DNA of 64,000 nt from Podarcis erhardii (lineage: Eukaryota): assembly GCA_964252035.1 (NCBI GenBank), contig OZ176201.1; one strand, given 5' to 3'. Below the pieces are notes generated by a model. It ran no database searches, had not been told where the DNA came from, and worked only from the letters and a program-made list of their open reading frames with translations. A program made the position numbers and the translations under genes. Shown here piece after piece: positions 24,901 to 37,609 of the stretch (the first letter of the stretch is position 1; each line of letters begins with the position of its first letter).

Positions 24901-27900
24901 GAGGAAAGACAATAAACCAACTACATAAAGATTTTGAGTCTGGTGTAATATCTGAGGGGTCAAATGTCTCCTCTATTTAGAGGGTTATTTATTAAATATA
25001 TGACATCACAATCACATGGGTAGCAAATCCCATCAAAATTTATTTTATTTGGTGGAGTTGGTGAACAGGCAAGACCTTTTTCTTTTTTTCTATTTCCTTC
25101 ATTGTACAATGTACATTGTGTTTTTATATCCCATTTATAATTTTATAGATGAATCCATTTCATCCACTTCTGATTTTTTTTTTTTTTTTACTTTACTATC
25201 AAAAGGGACTTGTATAAATTATTTCGTTGTTAATGTTTTTTTGTGTGTGTGTTGGTGTATTGTCTGTTTCTGTTATTCAATTTTTAAAAAGCTATTCTGG
25301 AACCATTTAATGTATCTTTTTATTTTTGATTTTCAAGAATAGCATCACTCTTGACATGTCAAACATTACTCTTCCTTTTCTATAGCATTTATATCAGGCA
25401 TGCCCATGTTAGAATGAATGCCATTATTGTAGAGATTTGTCCATTCTACTCTTTGTACAGGGCTTATCCGTATTTTCAAATGCTTAATACATAAATAACA
25501 GCAACAAACAAATAAACATCTATTTACTTTTGGCCTGGCTAAACATGTCCAGACTTCCTTAAACCTTCTAGCAGCTGGAGAATGGAAGTAAGAAACAAGA
25601 ACATAGTTCAATAGCCATCTGGTTTTTACTTGCTTGCTTTGTAGCAGTAGAGACAATGGCTAAACCAAATGGATTTCCTCCACAGTTTGGCACTAGCTAA
25701 GGCCCGTACCAGCTGCTCCCCCATTATCACCTTTTAAAGTGTGCAAGGCTGCCTCTGTCTTGCAACTGGGCAGCATTTGTGCAGACATGTCATTTATAAC
25801 AAGCTATACAAGTAACCAGAGCCAACTGTTATGTGAAAGCACTAGCTCTCACAATCAGGGTCTAAAACCCGACTGGTCCTCCCTGAATCCCAAAGCGATT
25901 GCGTGGTGACACTATTTTGCTAGTCCTAGGTTGTATATGCAAAATTACATTCTGTTGCAGGTGCAGTTCATATGCTCAAGGTGATTCCGAGGAGGTTGGC
26001 TAGATAATTCTACAGATTCACTAGAGCAGAGTTACAGCTTTTGTCCTGACAAATGCTAATTCACTGATACCAGCTCCCTCGGAGCCACACTGGATATTCT
26101 AAAGAAGCACACTTCCTCTCCCCATGCTTCCATGTCTCACACAAAGCAGGATAGATTGGCCCTGCCCTTCATAGATATTTTCCCCACTGTGTTTGTTTCT
26201 GCAGTGGAAGAACACGCAGCTCACCCATGGGGGTGAATATGCACCACACCCCTTTGGATGAAATCTAGGAGAATGGAAAGGGGAAGTTTGGCTTCCTCTC
26301 TCTTGCCACTTCTACAGCACGGCTGGCATGGCTCTTGGTCTGTTCATAGTGTTTGAGCAGCGTTGTAGTGCATCTTATTAGTAACTGTAACTTCCTAATT
26401 CTGAATTTTAAATTATTTGTAACCTGCCTTGGGATCTGCTGGTGAAGGGCCTGTAATAAATTTAACAACAACAATTGCAGAGACATATAATGTATTTTAA
26501 GAACAAAAGTCCTACTGAAGTCAAGTTGCAGAGTTCTGCTGCTCAAACTGGTTCAAGTGCCCTTGGTATGTAAAGCGTGGTTGGTATGTAAAGTTGGGGC
26601 AGAAGAGGATGTGCCAGATGCAAACAGGGAGCTGAAGTGAACAAGTAAAGCTCCATGAACCCTGCAGCAATCCCAGCAAAGCATAACTGCTATTAACCTC
26701 ACCCTTGGAACAAGACCGAACAAATAAGCCCCTAGCAATATCCTTTCTTCTTGCTGAGCAAGATTGATTGAAAAACAAATTGGCGCAAATAAGGCATGAA
26801 ATTAGATTAAAGCCTCTCACTTGGGGCTGCCAGGACGGAAATCAAGACTTGGGCAGGCTTCTGTGGGAGCCGAGGCACCATTAATAAATCTGTCTGTGGC
26901 CCCTCCTTGTCCCCGCAGCCTTACAGCCCAAGAGAATATACTCATAGCCACCACAGTATTATAATCAAGCAGAGTTTTCTTCTTGTTCATGGGTTGCCAA
27001 ATGATAGTTCATGAGGGTGTATTTGTGAACTGGTGTGTGCTGGCAAATTTAAGAGTTCCTGATTACAGCTCCCTTTAAGGAATACAACCCTGCTGATTTC
27101 AGATCCGCCCAGTTAAAAACAGGAATAGGAAACCAACTTGATGAGATTTTTCCTACTGTCTGAACACAGGGCAGATTTTCTGCCTTGCCTGTCATTTGCA
27201 GATGACGGGGAAGACAAACAGGAATAAGAAACAAGTTAAAGGTGAGTTGAATCTTTTAGAAACCTTGCAAGATGACGGGGAGCAGAGGGGGGAGCACACA
27301 ATCATCTGCTCCCTGGGCTCCCCAAATTACCCCAAAACAACAATTGTCCAAGTATTCAGCTCACCCTTCCAAGGGCTGGAATACACCTCCCATCTTTCAA
27401 TCCAATGCAAGTCCAACTGTGCAAGACTTTAGCATATGAAAAGAAGCAGCAAAATACTTGTCCAAGGATAGACAGAAAATAGTATGTTGTCAGGAGTGGG
27501 ACAATGAGTTGAACTAGATGCCACGGGGATCGTAGAAGTTTCTGTTTCTTGAGTGACAGCAGTACTTCTTTAAAATTCTTATTCTAGAAGCAGAGAACAT
27601 ACTGCTGGGGCTCCATAAAGGAAACTGATACCATCACACTGAAACTGGTTTTAAGAAAACAAAAAAGGAAGGTGGGTTACACTTGGGATTACTTCAGCCC
27701 TGGCCATCAGGAATTTGCACATTTTGTCTGGTCCAGATAGCCTGCTAAAATTTGTGATTGCCAGCTTCCTGACCCTCACTAGCAGGGGAGGGGCAGTGTC
27801 TTACCGCTTATGTGTTCCAGAAAACAGTCTGGAGGCACATGATACAATAACCTTGATTAAGCAAAGCAGTTCTGATCCTTGTGAATCCATGTATGTTAAC

Positions 27901-28980
27901 TTGCATTCCATCACAGAACAAAAGGCATAAAACAACTATGTTGAGCTTCAGAGGCAATCCAGGCACTTGGAAGTGTGGTGTGAGAGAATGGATGATCCAC
28001 TTCCTTTCTGTACTGAGCTTCAAGCTCCAGAGAAGAGCTGGAGCACATCCATATTGCACTGCACTTCCAAGAGTAGCAAATCCAGAGTAATACTACCAGT
28101 TTAAGAGAAGGGACTTGCACAAGTAACTGATGGCAGACTCTGCTCAATAGATTTTCACTACACAAAATTTCATTCATTGTTTCCTGGTTCACCCCACAGC
28201 TAAAAGTGCAAACTGCCTATGTGACTTCATAAAGCCAATCTTGAAGTGAAATCATTATACCATCTTTGGTTCCCACCTACTGTTTATTTGGGTTGGGTTG
28301 GGGAGTAAATTTACATATGGGACCTCCCTTCAGAACAAACATTTTATTTTTAAATCCTGCATCAACCCCTCTCTCACCCCCACCCCTAAACGATGATACA
28401 ATTATTGGGAATTAGAATAGTATTGTAAAAGAATTGTGGGAAAGTGGCATATTAAAAATGCACGTCTATTTTAAATTACAATGAAGAATTTCTACTATAT
28501 GGAAGTGTTTCAGAGGAGAATGGAATGCAGTTGTCAAGGGTACCCACACCTGCTTCCTTCCCTTCTAGCTTCTATCAAGATGCCCTATTGTGGAAAAGCA
28601 GCCATATCCACCCGCAAAACCAAAGCAGAATGAAAGGGCTCAAACCCAGAGGTGGCGGTGGGGTGTACAAAGGACTTTGCTTTATGTTTGACAGCAAGTC
28701 ATAGCCCCCGGTGGGCGCCTTCTAACCCTTGTCATGACCTTCGGCTCCCTCCATTGTATGGGGGCTCCATTGTGAAGTGTTGTTGCTGAAAGCAAGGGGA
28801 TAGCGTTAACTTGCTGAATGCCATTTTGGGGTCTCTCCCATTAGGGTATGAAGGCAGGAAGGACAAGGAGCAGCCAAGATGTTTTGTTATTAAAGCTTGA
28901 GCGTACTGCTTAGCACCGGAGTATCTCATTCAGAGCCCACTGCGGCAGCATCTGTCTCCCCCACTTTGCTGCTTCATCAT

Positions 28981-29348
28981 AGGTAAAGGTAAAGGTACCC
29001 CTGCCCGTCAGGGCCAGTCGTGACCGACTCTAGGGTTGCGTGCTCATCTCACTCAAGAGGCCGGGAGCCGGCGCCGTCCGAAGACACTTCCGGGTCACGT
29101 GGCCAGCGTGACGAAGCTGCAGCTGGCGAGCCAGCACCAGCGCCGCACACGGAAACGTCGTTTACCTTCCCGCTATAAAGCGGTACCTATTTATCTACTT
29201 GCACTTAGGGGTGCTTTCGAACTGCTAGGTGGGCAGGAGCTGGGACCGAACAACGGGAGCTCACCCCGCCGCGGGGATTCGAACCACCAACCTTACGATC
29301 AGCAAGTCCTAGGCTCTGTGGTTTAACCCACAGCGCCATCCGCGTCCC
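28981..29348 (-). mobile_element. Sauria SINE, full length (copy A)
   Basis: Minus strand begins GGGACGCGGATGGCGCTGTGGGTTAAACC and ends in an (ACCTTT)n tail. TSD tgcttcatcata at 28970-28981 and 29354-29365. CpG-rich. Confidence 0.95.
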
Positions 29349-29461
29349 ATTTGTGCTTCATCATATCAGAGCTCAAATGGAGGTGTCACAAGATACCTCA
29401 CATTTCAGAAGGCAAGAAAACTGGAACCCAACAGAATCCAGCAACTTGATAACAATAGGGG

Positions 29462-29572
29462 CAGGGATGGGAAGCCTGTGGTCCTTCAGATGTTGTTGGA
29501 TAATGACCATGGTAAATGGTCAGGCATGATGCAAGTAATCCAACAACATCTGGAAGGCTAAACGTTCCCCGC
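29462..29572. mobile_element. Short palindromic non-autonomous DNA element (hAT-like)
   Basis: Inverted arms ccttcagatgttgttgga (29483-29500) and tccaacaacatctggaagg (29539-29557), with gggaagcc / cgttcccc ends. Confidence 0.6.
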
Positions 29573-29584
29573 TAGAGAATACTT

Positions 29585-29990
29585 CATGTGCATTTTCAAC
29601 TACATTTCTGATATTTCTGCTGAGATGCTGCAACATAGTCTCAAGCTCAGTGTGATCAAAAACAAACTTCTCATCTTTCCTCCCAAGCCATCATCTCTTT
29701 GTCCGTTACCAGCGTCACCATCCACCCAGTTGACCAGGCACAAAGCCTTGGTGTTCTATTTGATACTTCCCTTCCCTTTGCCTCTCAAAATTATTCAGCT
29801 CTCTCAGAACTTTGACTTTTTGGCCTTCATCTTTAAGTCCCTTCTTGTCTTCAGCGTTCAAAACCTTCCATAGCCTCATCTGTCCTTGTCTCTGCACATA
29901 TTTCGCAAGAGATCATTTTGTCTAGCTCTACCATCCTCAGCCATTCAAAGGTATCCTTGCTACCTGAAGTAACATTTTCCCTTGCTGCTC
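29585..29990 (+). mobile_element. Old L2-type LINE ORF2 remnant
   Basis: Translation ISDISAEMLQHSLKLSVIKNKLLIFPPKP resembles the L2 reverse-transcriptase C-terminal motif (LKLN..KTELLIFPPKP). The following frame-shifted segment resembles ..HPV.QA..LGV.FD.SL. Confidence 0.65.
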
Positions 29991-31395
29991 CTTATGACTG
30001 GAACTTCCTCCCACATGGGACTTACTACCAAAAAACAAGCATAGGATTTGTGCATATTTGTACTAGTTGTATGCCTTTCACATGACAAGTGGCAGAGCCA
30101 TAGCTATGGAGGTAGCCAGGTTTTTTTGCCCTGGGTGAAGCCTCCAGAGGGGTGCCATTGAGGTTCCCTCTCTCTCTCTGTGTGTGTACCCAAATGCGCA
30201 TGGGAGGGGGTACCAAAGTGAGTCTTTGACCCGGGTGAAATAAAGCCTAGTTTCTTCCCTTCAAGTGTCTAGATAGAGTCCGGCAGGTAGCCCTGTCAGA
30301 AAAACTAACTTGCCATGCCCAGCTTGCAGGGGAAACCACAAAAAGACTCATTCTATGCTATATGACACACATTCATTGACTTTATCAACAAACACTGGGA
30401 TTTATGCCTACTCCCAACAGCCCATACAACTTTCTGGAGAGGTCTAATCCTTCATGTAGCTGATCCTGTGTAAAATGACAATCCCCATGCAAATGTCAAT
30501 TAAATGTCTTTTCATGTTAAAAGTTTAATAAAAATATTTGTTGGGGTGTGTGTGGAAATTGTGCTGGTTGCATGTCAGATGAAATAACTCTAAACCACCA
30601 GCCTACAGTATTGTTCTAATCTGAATTGTCGTGTATTTAATTTAGAACATGAATTTGTATTTTACAAAGTCTAACAATGCTAGCGGCAAGGTCAGTCAAC
30701 ATAGCCATTCCAGAGTCACAGTGGTTTGCCTTCCTGATTATCAGGAAAATTACCAGAGTTTTCTCCCCACCTTCTCTCTCCTGCCCCCATTTCTCTCAGC
30801 TAAAGTGTTTATGGAACTGCAAAATGAGGAAATCGAAAGGCCAAATGCAGCCCATCTCCAGGGGCAGAGAAAGAATGTTCCCTACAGTATGGCCTCTGGG
30901 CTGTTGTCCTGCCCAGCTTAGGTCAGTCCAAGCATTTGCGTAACTGCATTATATCACAGCTGCTGCAAATGAAGCACACAGATAGCCAAGATAGAGCAGG
31001 TCATATCTTACACTATTCTGCTCCTATACTTTGTGGGAAATCCTAGGAACGTGATAAGACCCACAGGAAACACTAGCCCTACAACAGAGCAAAGAATTTT
31101 TTCCAGTTATTATTTCCAGTAGCTGCCCAGGGTATACAGATTAGCCTTTTGAGCAGCAGCAATTCTATAATCCAGGAAAGAATTTGCAGCCAGAAATAAA
31201 TGACGCTAACAGCAACTGGTAGGGAAAACTGGCAAGGCAGGATGCTGGTACACCAGAAGAGAGGTAAGTCATGCTGAACTTCGTAATGCGGCTCACAGGC
31301 CAAGTTTATCATATGGAATAATTCATTTAAGTCAATGAAGGTTTGTTTAGCTGAAACAATCCATGTCTACAATCACAGTTGGAATGCAATAAATC

Positions 31396-31485
31396 AGGGC
31401 TAGGCAAACTTCAGGGCTGGGGGCCATATTGGTTGGGGACTGCATACCACTGGTGGTCAGAGCCAAGGCCAAAAAGTGGGCATGG
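31396..31485. mobile_element. Possible hAT-like element left end
   Basis: cagggctaggcaaactt...gggggccatatt start resembles hAT-type termini. No right end found. Confidence 0.3.
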
Positions 31486-31572
31486 CCATTCCCACTCCCC
31501 CTTCTCTCTCTCTTTCTCTCTCCTTCCCTTCTCTTCATCAATCCATCCCCCTCTTCTCTCTCTGACATGCAT

Positions 31573-31573
<1 letters not shown>

Positions 31574-31604
<31 letters not shown>
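31574..31604. repeat. (CA)n microsatellite
   Basis: Seen directly. Confidence 0.95.
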
Positions 31605-31606
<2 letters not shown>

Positions 31607-32148
31607 CTCACACAGACATGGTTGCTGTGCCTGTTTCTCAGCCAAATTCCTGCCTGATCAGCCCCTTCAGAGTGAATGTCAGAGCATCTTCTAGTCATCT
31701 CATCCAACAATACAATCCTCTGCTTGAAGCCAGAGCTATATTCCCATTCAGCAGCCCTCCACAGATATACCTGTTGCACAAGCCAGAGGCCAATGTTCTA
31801 GGAACAGAGCAAATAGACCACAGAAAAGTGCTTACAAAGCAAACAGATTGAGATGACTCAAACAAACAACAGCCATAACATATACAGACATACAAGCAAA
31901 AGCAAAAACACACCCTGGAATCATTACATCTTTGGGGCAACATTTTTCAATTTATAGATTGATTCTCTACCACAAAAGTGACAAGTAAAGCAGTGCACAA
32001 TCATTATAAAACCTGCAGTACTACCACTAACAAAGGCACAATACTAGGACAACAGGCACATCCCCACAGTGCAGCTACACTTAGAACATAATTGTAGAAA
32101 GAAACAGCAGAAACCAACTCCTTGGTTACTCACTATACTGTGAAAAGC

Positions 32149-32150
32149 GA

Positions 32151-32194
<44 letters not shown>
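32149..32194. repeat. (GAAA)n microsatellite
   Basis: Seen directly. Confidence 0.95.
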
Positions 32195-32974
32195 GAGAAA
32201 GCAATGTATTAAAAACTGCCAGAAAAACAGCAGCAAAGGAGCCAACTGCTGGCAGAGCATTCCACAGGATGGGCTTCATCAGGCCCTAAGACAAAGTTTT
32301 CCCCAACCTCGTCCTCCAAAACTTTCAGATGGACTGCAACACCCATCCAAAATGTTCAGTTCCAAAATACTGGGGGTAGTTGACCTAGCCTGTACCCTGG
32401 TTTAAAGTTCATCACTCATACTGCTAACTGGGCCCAGAAGCTAACAGGAAGCCAGCAAAGCTAGAAGCAATTTTACCAAGACCTGTCATGAGTAACCTGT
32501 CAAAGATGAACTGCAGCATATCGTACTCCCCCAAACTTCCCAAGTGTTTTTGAAGGTGCACTGCAGTAACCAACATGAGAGACTAAATCCTTGTCTAAGC
32601 AGCCACACGGCTATCCCATGAATTGCCCACCTGCCCATTGCTACCCTCCAGCAGCAAGACAAGGTCTAGGAGTAGAATTATAAAATGAGAGAGAAGTAGA
32701 AAATGTCCAGGTTGCTCAGCTTAAAATGTTCAGCAAGGCTGCTGGCTCAAAACGTTGGCAAAGAGCAATTTTATAAAAGCAAATGAATTTTAATTGCTTT
32801 TCCAGTCAAATGCAGATGTTATATAACTAAAGCAAACCCTGGTGCAGAACCAGCAATGGCAATGTTTTCTCTCTTTCACACTAAAGCTGGTCTTGGCTCA
32901 TGATCCATTTGAGATTTCTCTACAAAATATACATTCCCCTTTCTTTCAGATTTGGAGCCACTTTCAACTTGAGC

Positions 32975-33150
32975 ATTTATTTATATCCTGCCGTTCCTCC
33001 AAGGAGCTTGATTCCCTACACTGGCATTCATTCCCACATTTTATTATTCCAACGACGCTGTTTGGCAGATTAAACCTTGAGAGAAGTGACAGGCCCAAGG
33101 TCACCCAGCGAGTTTCATGACTGAGGATTTGAAACTGAATGTTGCAGTCT
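32975..33150 (-). mobile_element. MIR/CORE-SINE-like element
   Basis: Contains agaagtgacaggcccaaggtcacccagcgagtttcatg, similar to the MIR core gtgacttgcccaaggtcacacag, with an atttatttata tail at the left end. Confidence 0.6.
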
Positions 33151-33979
33151 GACCAGAGCACTCTATCCACAACAACACACACACTCTTGAAGAAGTGCGG
33201 CAAAGCGATTCTGTCCAATGGGCTGCTACATATAACTTCCATCCAGATTTCTTCTTTTGAATTGCAATGTTCAGACAGCCCTCAGAATGCATTTAGGGGT
33301 AGCTGTGCTATCACCTGTGCTTATGCCAAGTGACATGTAGCCAAGACAGTGTTGTGGACTTCTGGGGAAGTGTGCAATGATGAAATCTGAAAGGTGCCAC
33401 ACTCCCAAGTGGGCTAGGCAGTCAAATAAAAATGATAAAATACGGGAGCTCATCCTCTCTGACTAAAGTGGTGCTTAAAAACGTCAATAAAATTTCTACT
33501 GAAGGGATATCATGCACTTAGGGACCCACCGCCAATCAGATTGTTCAGTTTGGCTGAACTTTCCTTGTGCTTTTAAAGAGAAGGCGCCTTGTGCTGCAAT
33601 CTGCTTCTGAAAAGATGGATTGTTCCACTGAAAATGATATACACAGGGGAATGAATAATAATTTTTTAAAATTTAGGAATCCAGGAGATACTGTTGCAAG
33701 TTTGAGTGTTTACTACTCCCTCTCCACCTTGTAAACAATTTTCTTTGAAAAGAGAATAAAAACTTGCACTTCTATAGCTTTTAGCCTAAACTGAAAGTAG
33801 CAGAGGACGATGAGAATAAATGAGTCCACAACAGTGATGTTGCTAATGTTCCTTAAAAGATTCAATAATAGCATATTTAAACAGCTGATTCTTTACTTCC
33901 ATCTGTTTGTCTAATTTGTTCTGCTCCAGGTCAGGCTACCCACAAGACTGTAAAATACCCAACCAAAGGTAATATGTTA

Positions 33980-34075
33980 CAGGCGTCTCCTCACTTACAC
34001 AGGGTTTACATTCCCAGGTACTGCACATATACATGAAACCACATATAGTGGGGGACACCATCTAAAATGCCTGTA
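33980..34075. mobile_element. Possible Tigger-like terminal fragment
   Basis: TA-preceded caggcgtctcctcactta, with partly complementary tatagtgggggacacc and gcctgta downstream. Confidence 0.35.
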
Positions 34076-34711
34076 AACACCCTCTAAACCTCTGGAAACT
34101 CTTGAAAAACCCTTTTAAAAGCCAGCAGCACTTACCAAACTGGCATGAATAGTGGCAATGGGGGCTCTCAGTTTTCCTCATTGCTAGAGGATAATGTTGA
34201 AAAAATGACAAGGGGGGCAGACTGGTCTCCTGAAGTACCAAATTCCACAAAATCCGCCAAACTCCAGCACAATCACTCCCTCCAAAGCTTTCTCTCAAAC
34301 TCCAACTCTCCACAGACCTCAAATGTTAGTGCAAAGACTTCTGGGATTGCTAGCCAATCATTTCACACATTTTTTTGCCCTTTTTCATGTCTTTTTGCAG
34401 TTTAAATCTATGTACTTATTTCCCAGAGCCAGTTTTTTCATACAATACTACACAAACACTATTTCTTTTGCTATGTAATAACCCATTCTTGACATTTAAT
34501 GTTAATTATTTTATTCTTAAATGAAAAAACCAAAATATTACGCTTATGACCTCCCCCTCACCTACAGTAAAAAAAAGCCTTGAATAAGTTTCAGTCCTGC
34601 TTACTTTGTTGTTGCTATAACTTGGTCAGCAAACCTATCTTGTCTTTGGAATAGGATATTCCCCCCCCCCCCCGACAATTTGAACAGGATTAAAACAAAA
34701 GTATAACATAC

Positions 34712-34765
34712 CTGCAGGTTCTTCTGTGCTACTGGCCACAGTGGTGGGAGGAACAACAGGTATCT
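34712..34765 (-). CDS. NTN1: Netrin-1 coding exon (exon 5), Pro/Thr/Ser-rich linker
   Basis: Found by reading the minus strand: ttctttaccacag|AG ATA CCT GTT GTT CCT CCC ACC ACT GTG GCC AGT AGC ACA GAA GAA CCT GCA G|gtatgt = (K)IPVVPPTTVASSTEEPA(D). 54 bp, keeps the frame between the flanking exons. This frame is not in the ORF track. Confidence 0.95.
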
Positions 34766-36130
34766 CTGTGGTAAAGAAGAAAAGGCAAACAAGGGAAGGA
34801 TAAACAAGAAAAGGTAAAAGTTGTTACTCTCTCCAGGAATGAACGTTTTCACAAGTTCAAAAGTTGTCAGAAAAAAAGTGATTGTGCAAATGAACCTTCA
34901 GGGACCAGAGAGGGTGTTCAGCAAGTGTGTGCATGTACATTTTAGTGCAGCGCTAACCTAGAGTTCGCCTTCACCAAGCACATCTAGTTATGTCCATCTA
35001 AATATCATAGCAAACAATGTCTCCAATGATTTTGATGTAATCAGGACTCCATCAGAGAAGAGAAAGACATATATTTCCTGGAGCCATATTTGGTTCTAGG
35101 AACAATCTCATTTCAGTTCCTTGAAGTGAGTTCTAGAGTCTCATACTGTATGAGATGAAGAGGATCCATAATCAGATATTTCTCACATCTTTTATCTTAA
35201 AGAAGCTGTAGGGAGAGGGCAGCTGCCTTCAGACCATAAATACTCTATAACAGTATAAGAGTATGAAATTTCCGTGACTATTCCAGATTATCAGAAATGC
35301 ATCCTGAGAAGTTATTAAAAGACTTGATTCTTTCAACCATGACCTTATTTATTTTATTTTTGCATTAGTATTAAGGAAACAGGGTAATGGCCATTATATG
35401 GCTGTTCTGTGTTTCTTTTTGGCTTTTCAAAGTTGCTTTGGTCTTTGATTTCTTTTTCTCTGTATGACAGAGACAGAACCAACTGCTTTGGTATGAAAGT
35501 TGCTCTGAACAATGATGGAACCCAGGCTGTCTAATGCTTTTAGGAGGAAAACATTGACTACGCCCAAACATTATTTTAATCAAACATAATTTAAAAACAG
35601 TAGTAGTTTATTGCTGGCATTGCTAGAAAAAATGGTTCTGCAACACAGAAAATCATGTTTTGAACTTTGAAACCTTTTGTTTAAGTGGGAACTTGTACTC
35701 GCATCACCTTACTAGTGTGATCAATAAGATATATGTATAATTCATCCATATATTTATATACATAGAGACATGCAAAATGCAACCTGGACATACAACACAC
35801 AGGGCCACTGCACAAATTACAGCTTTAATGGGTATACATTACACAGTTTCACTGTGTACTCACTAAACCTATCCCAGTTTCCAGGTTCATATATGTCTTT
35901 CCTTGCTATTAGCCCCAGCTCTTCACTGTGCATTTTCACTGAATAAGCGAGTTGAAATAGTGGTGGAAATGAATGTGCCTTAAAACCTGAAGTTTTAGGT
36001 TCACAAGGTGGACCTGTAACTACTACCCATGAAAACTGCAATGTGAAAAGTGGCCAACAGTATCTCTAGCTATATTAATTAAGTCTATCAGGTGTTAGTA
36101 AGCAGACCAGATTTAGGATTCATTACGTTA

Positions 36131-36394
<264 letters not shown>

Positions 36395-37107
36395 TCAACT
36401 AGCAAGAGTATCCAAAGACAGCAAGATTTTTTGTAGCAGAGCTATAGGAATGAGGTGAGAGTAGCCAGTGCCCTGGACTGCAGGTATCATCTCATTCTAA
36501 TAGCAGTGCTCTGTAAGCACAACTTTCCCCAGAAAATCTGAAAGCAACATGATGGACAATCAGTGCCAGCTACTACATTACACCACAAGGATTATTAATA
36601 TACTTGTGGCCTAAAATGAATTTAAAAGTTTTAAAGCAGACATTTACTGCTGCTGAGTGGACTTGCCTAATGCCACACCTAGAATTATTTCCCCACCATT
36701 CAATTTCCGTACGTTTGCTCTTTGTTCAGTGCTTCGGGAAATATTCTGTTCCAGCCTCACTATCAACCTCCAATCATCACAGCTGGTGGGAGCAAGAAGA
36801 AGAGGAAGGGTTTCCTTTTCTCTCTAGAGGTCATTGAAACACCTGTTCTGTAGCTGGAACAATAACTAAACTCAGCGGATTGTGGTGATTTCTCCTGGCT
36901 AAATTCCTGTTGAAGAGCATTCAGGGGGAGCTCTGCTGAATCAAACCAATGGTCCATCATTAGCCAACAAGCGACAGCCATAAATTGTCAATAGCTAACC
37001 AGATGCCTCTTGAGAAGGCAAGCAAGGCATGAAAGCAATAACCCCACTCCTTTCCTTCAGCAGCTGGCACTCGAGAGGCATACTACCTTCGCAATCTAGT
37101 CAGGAAA

Positions 37108-37290
37108 GGGTTATGGCTCAGTTGTAGAGCACATACATTACATGCTAGAAGGTCCAAAGTTCAATCCCCACCACCTCCACATTGAGCTGAAAAAGACCCT
37201 GGTCTGAAACCCTAAACAGCTGCTGCCAGTTTGTGGTACATGATCTAGCTATATGGTGCAACTCAGTTTTAGATAGCTTCCCATGTTCCC
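37108..37290 (+). mobile_element. tRNA-derived SINE, second family, near full length and diverged
   Basis: A-box-like tggctcagttgtagagc, B-box-like gttcaatcc, body ctgaaaccct...gctgctgccagt, end gcttcccatgttccc. Shares these motifs with four other copies in the window. Confidence 0.7.
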
Positions 37291-37296
37291 ATATAT

Positions 37297-37609
37297 CAGT
37301 GGCAAGGAACCTTTTCAGCCCAAGGGTTCTGTGACCCTTCTGATGGCCGCATGCCAGTAGGGGCAAGAGGCAAAAATGGACAGAGCAACAAATGTAAATT
37401 TTAATTTCTATATAGAAGACATAAACTCCTCTCTATCCTCCATCAGGACAAACAATGCATTAAAATTCAAGGGCACATTCCAGCCAGGCAAAAATACTGA
37501 GTGTTAAGCAGGGCCAGTGATGGGTGTGGCCTGGGGAGAGTTCCAGGGGCCAGACAGAGAGGTCTGAAGGGCCACATTTGACCCCCTGGACCTGAAGTGC
37601 CCCACCTCT
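37297..37609. mobile_element. Diverged hAT-like non-autonomous element
   Basis: Left end ggaaccttttcagcccaaggg also occurs at about 62400-62425 (ggaacctttttcagcccaaaggcc). Right end gggccacatttgaccc...gaagtgccccacctct. No clear TSD. Confidence 0.45.

Noticed and set aside
26563-26593. Direct repeat ttggtatgtaaag x2, 18-bp period
   Set aside because: Two copies only; consistent with a small local slippage duplication and not an array.
28981-29348. CpG island or internal promoter
   Set aside because: The CpG richness is confined to the young SINE; the same holds for 41898, 59405 and 61988.
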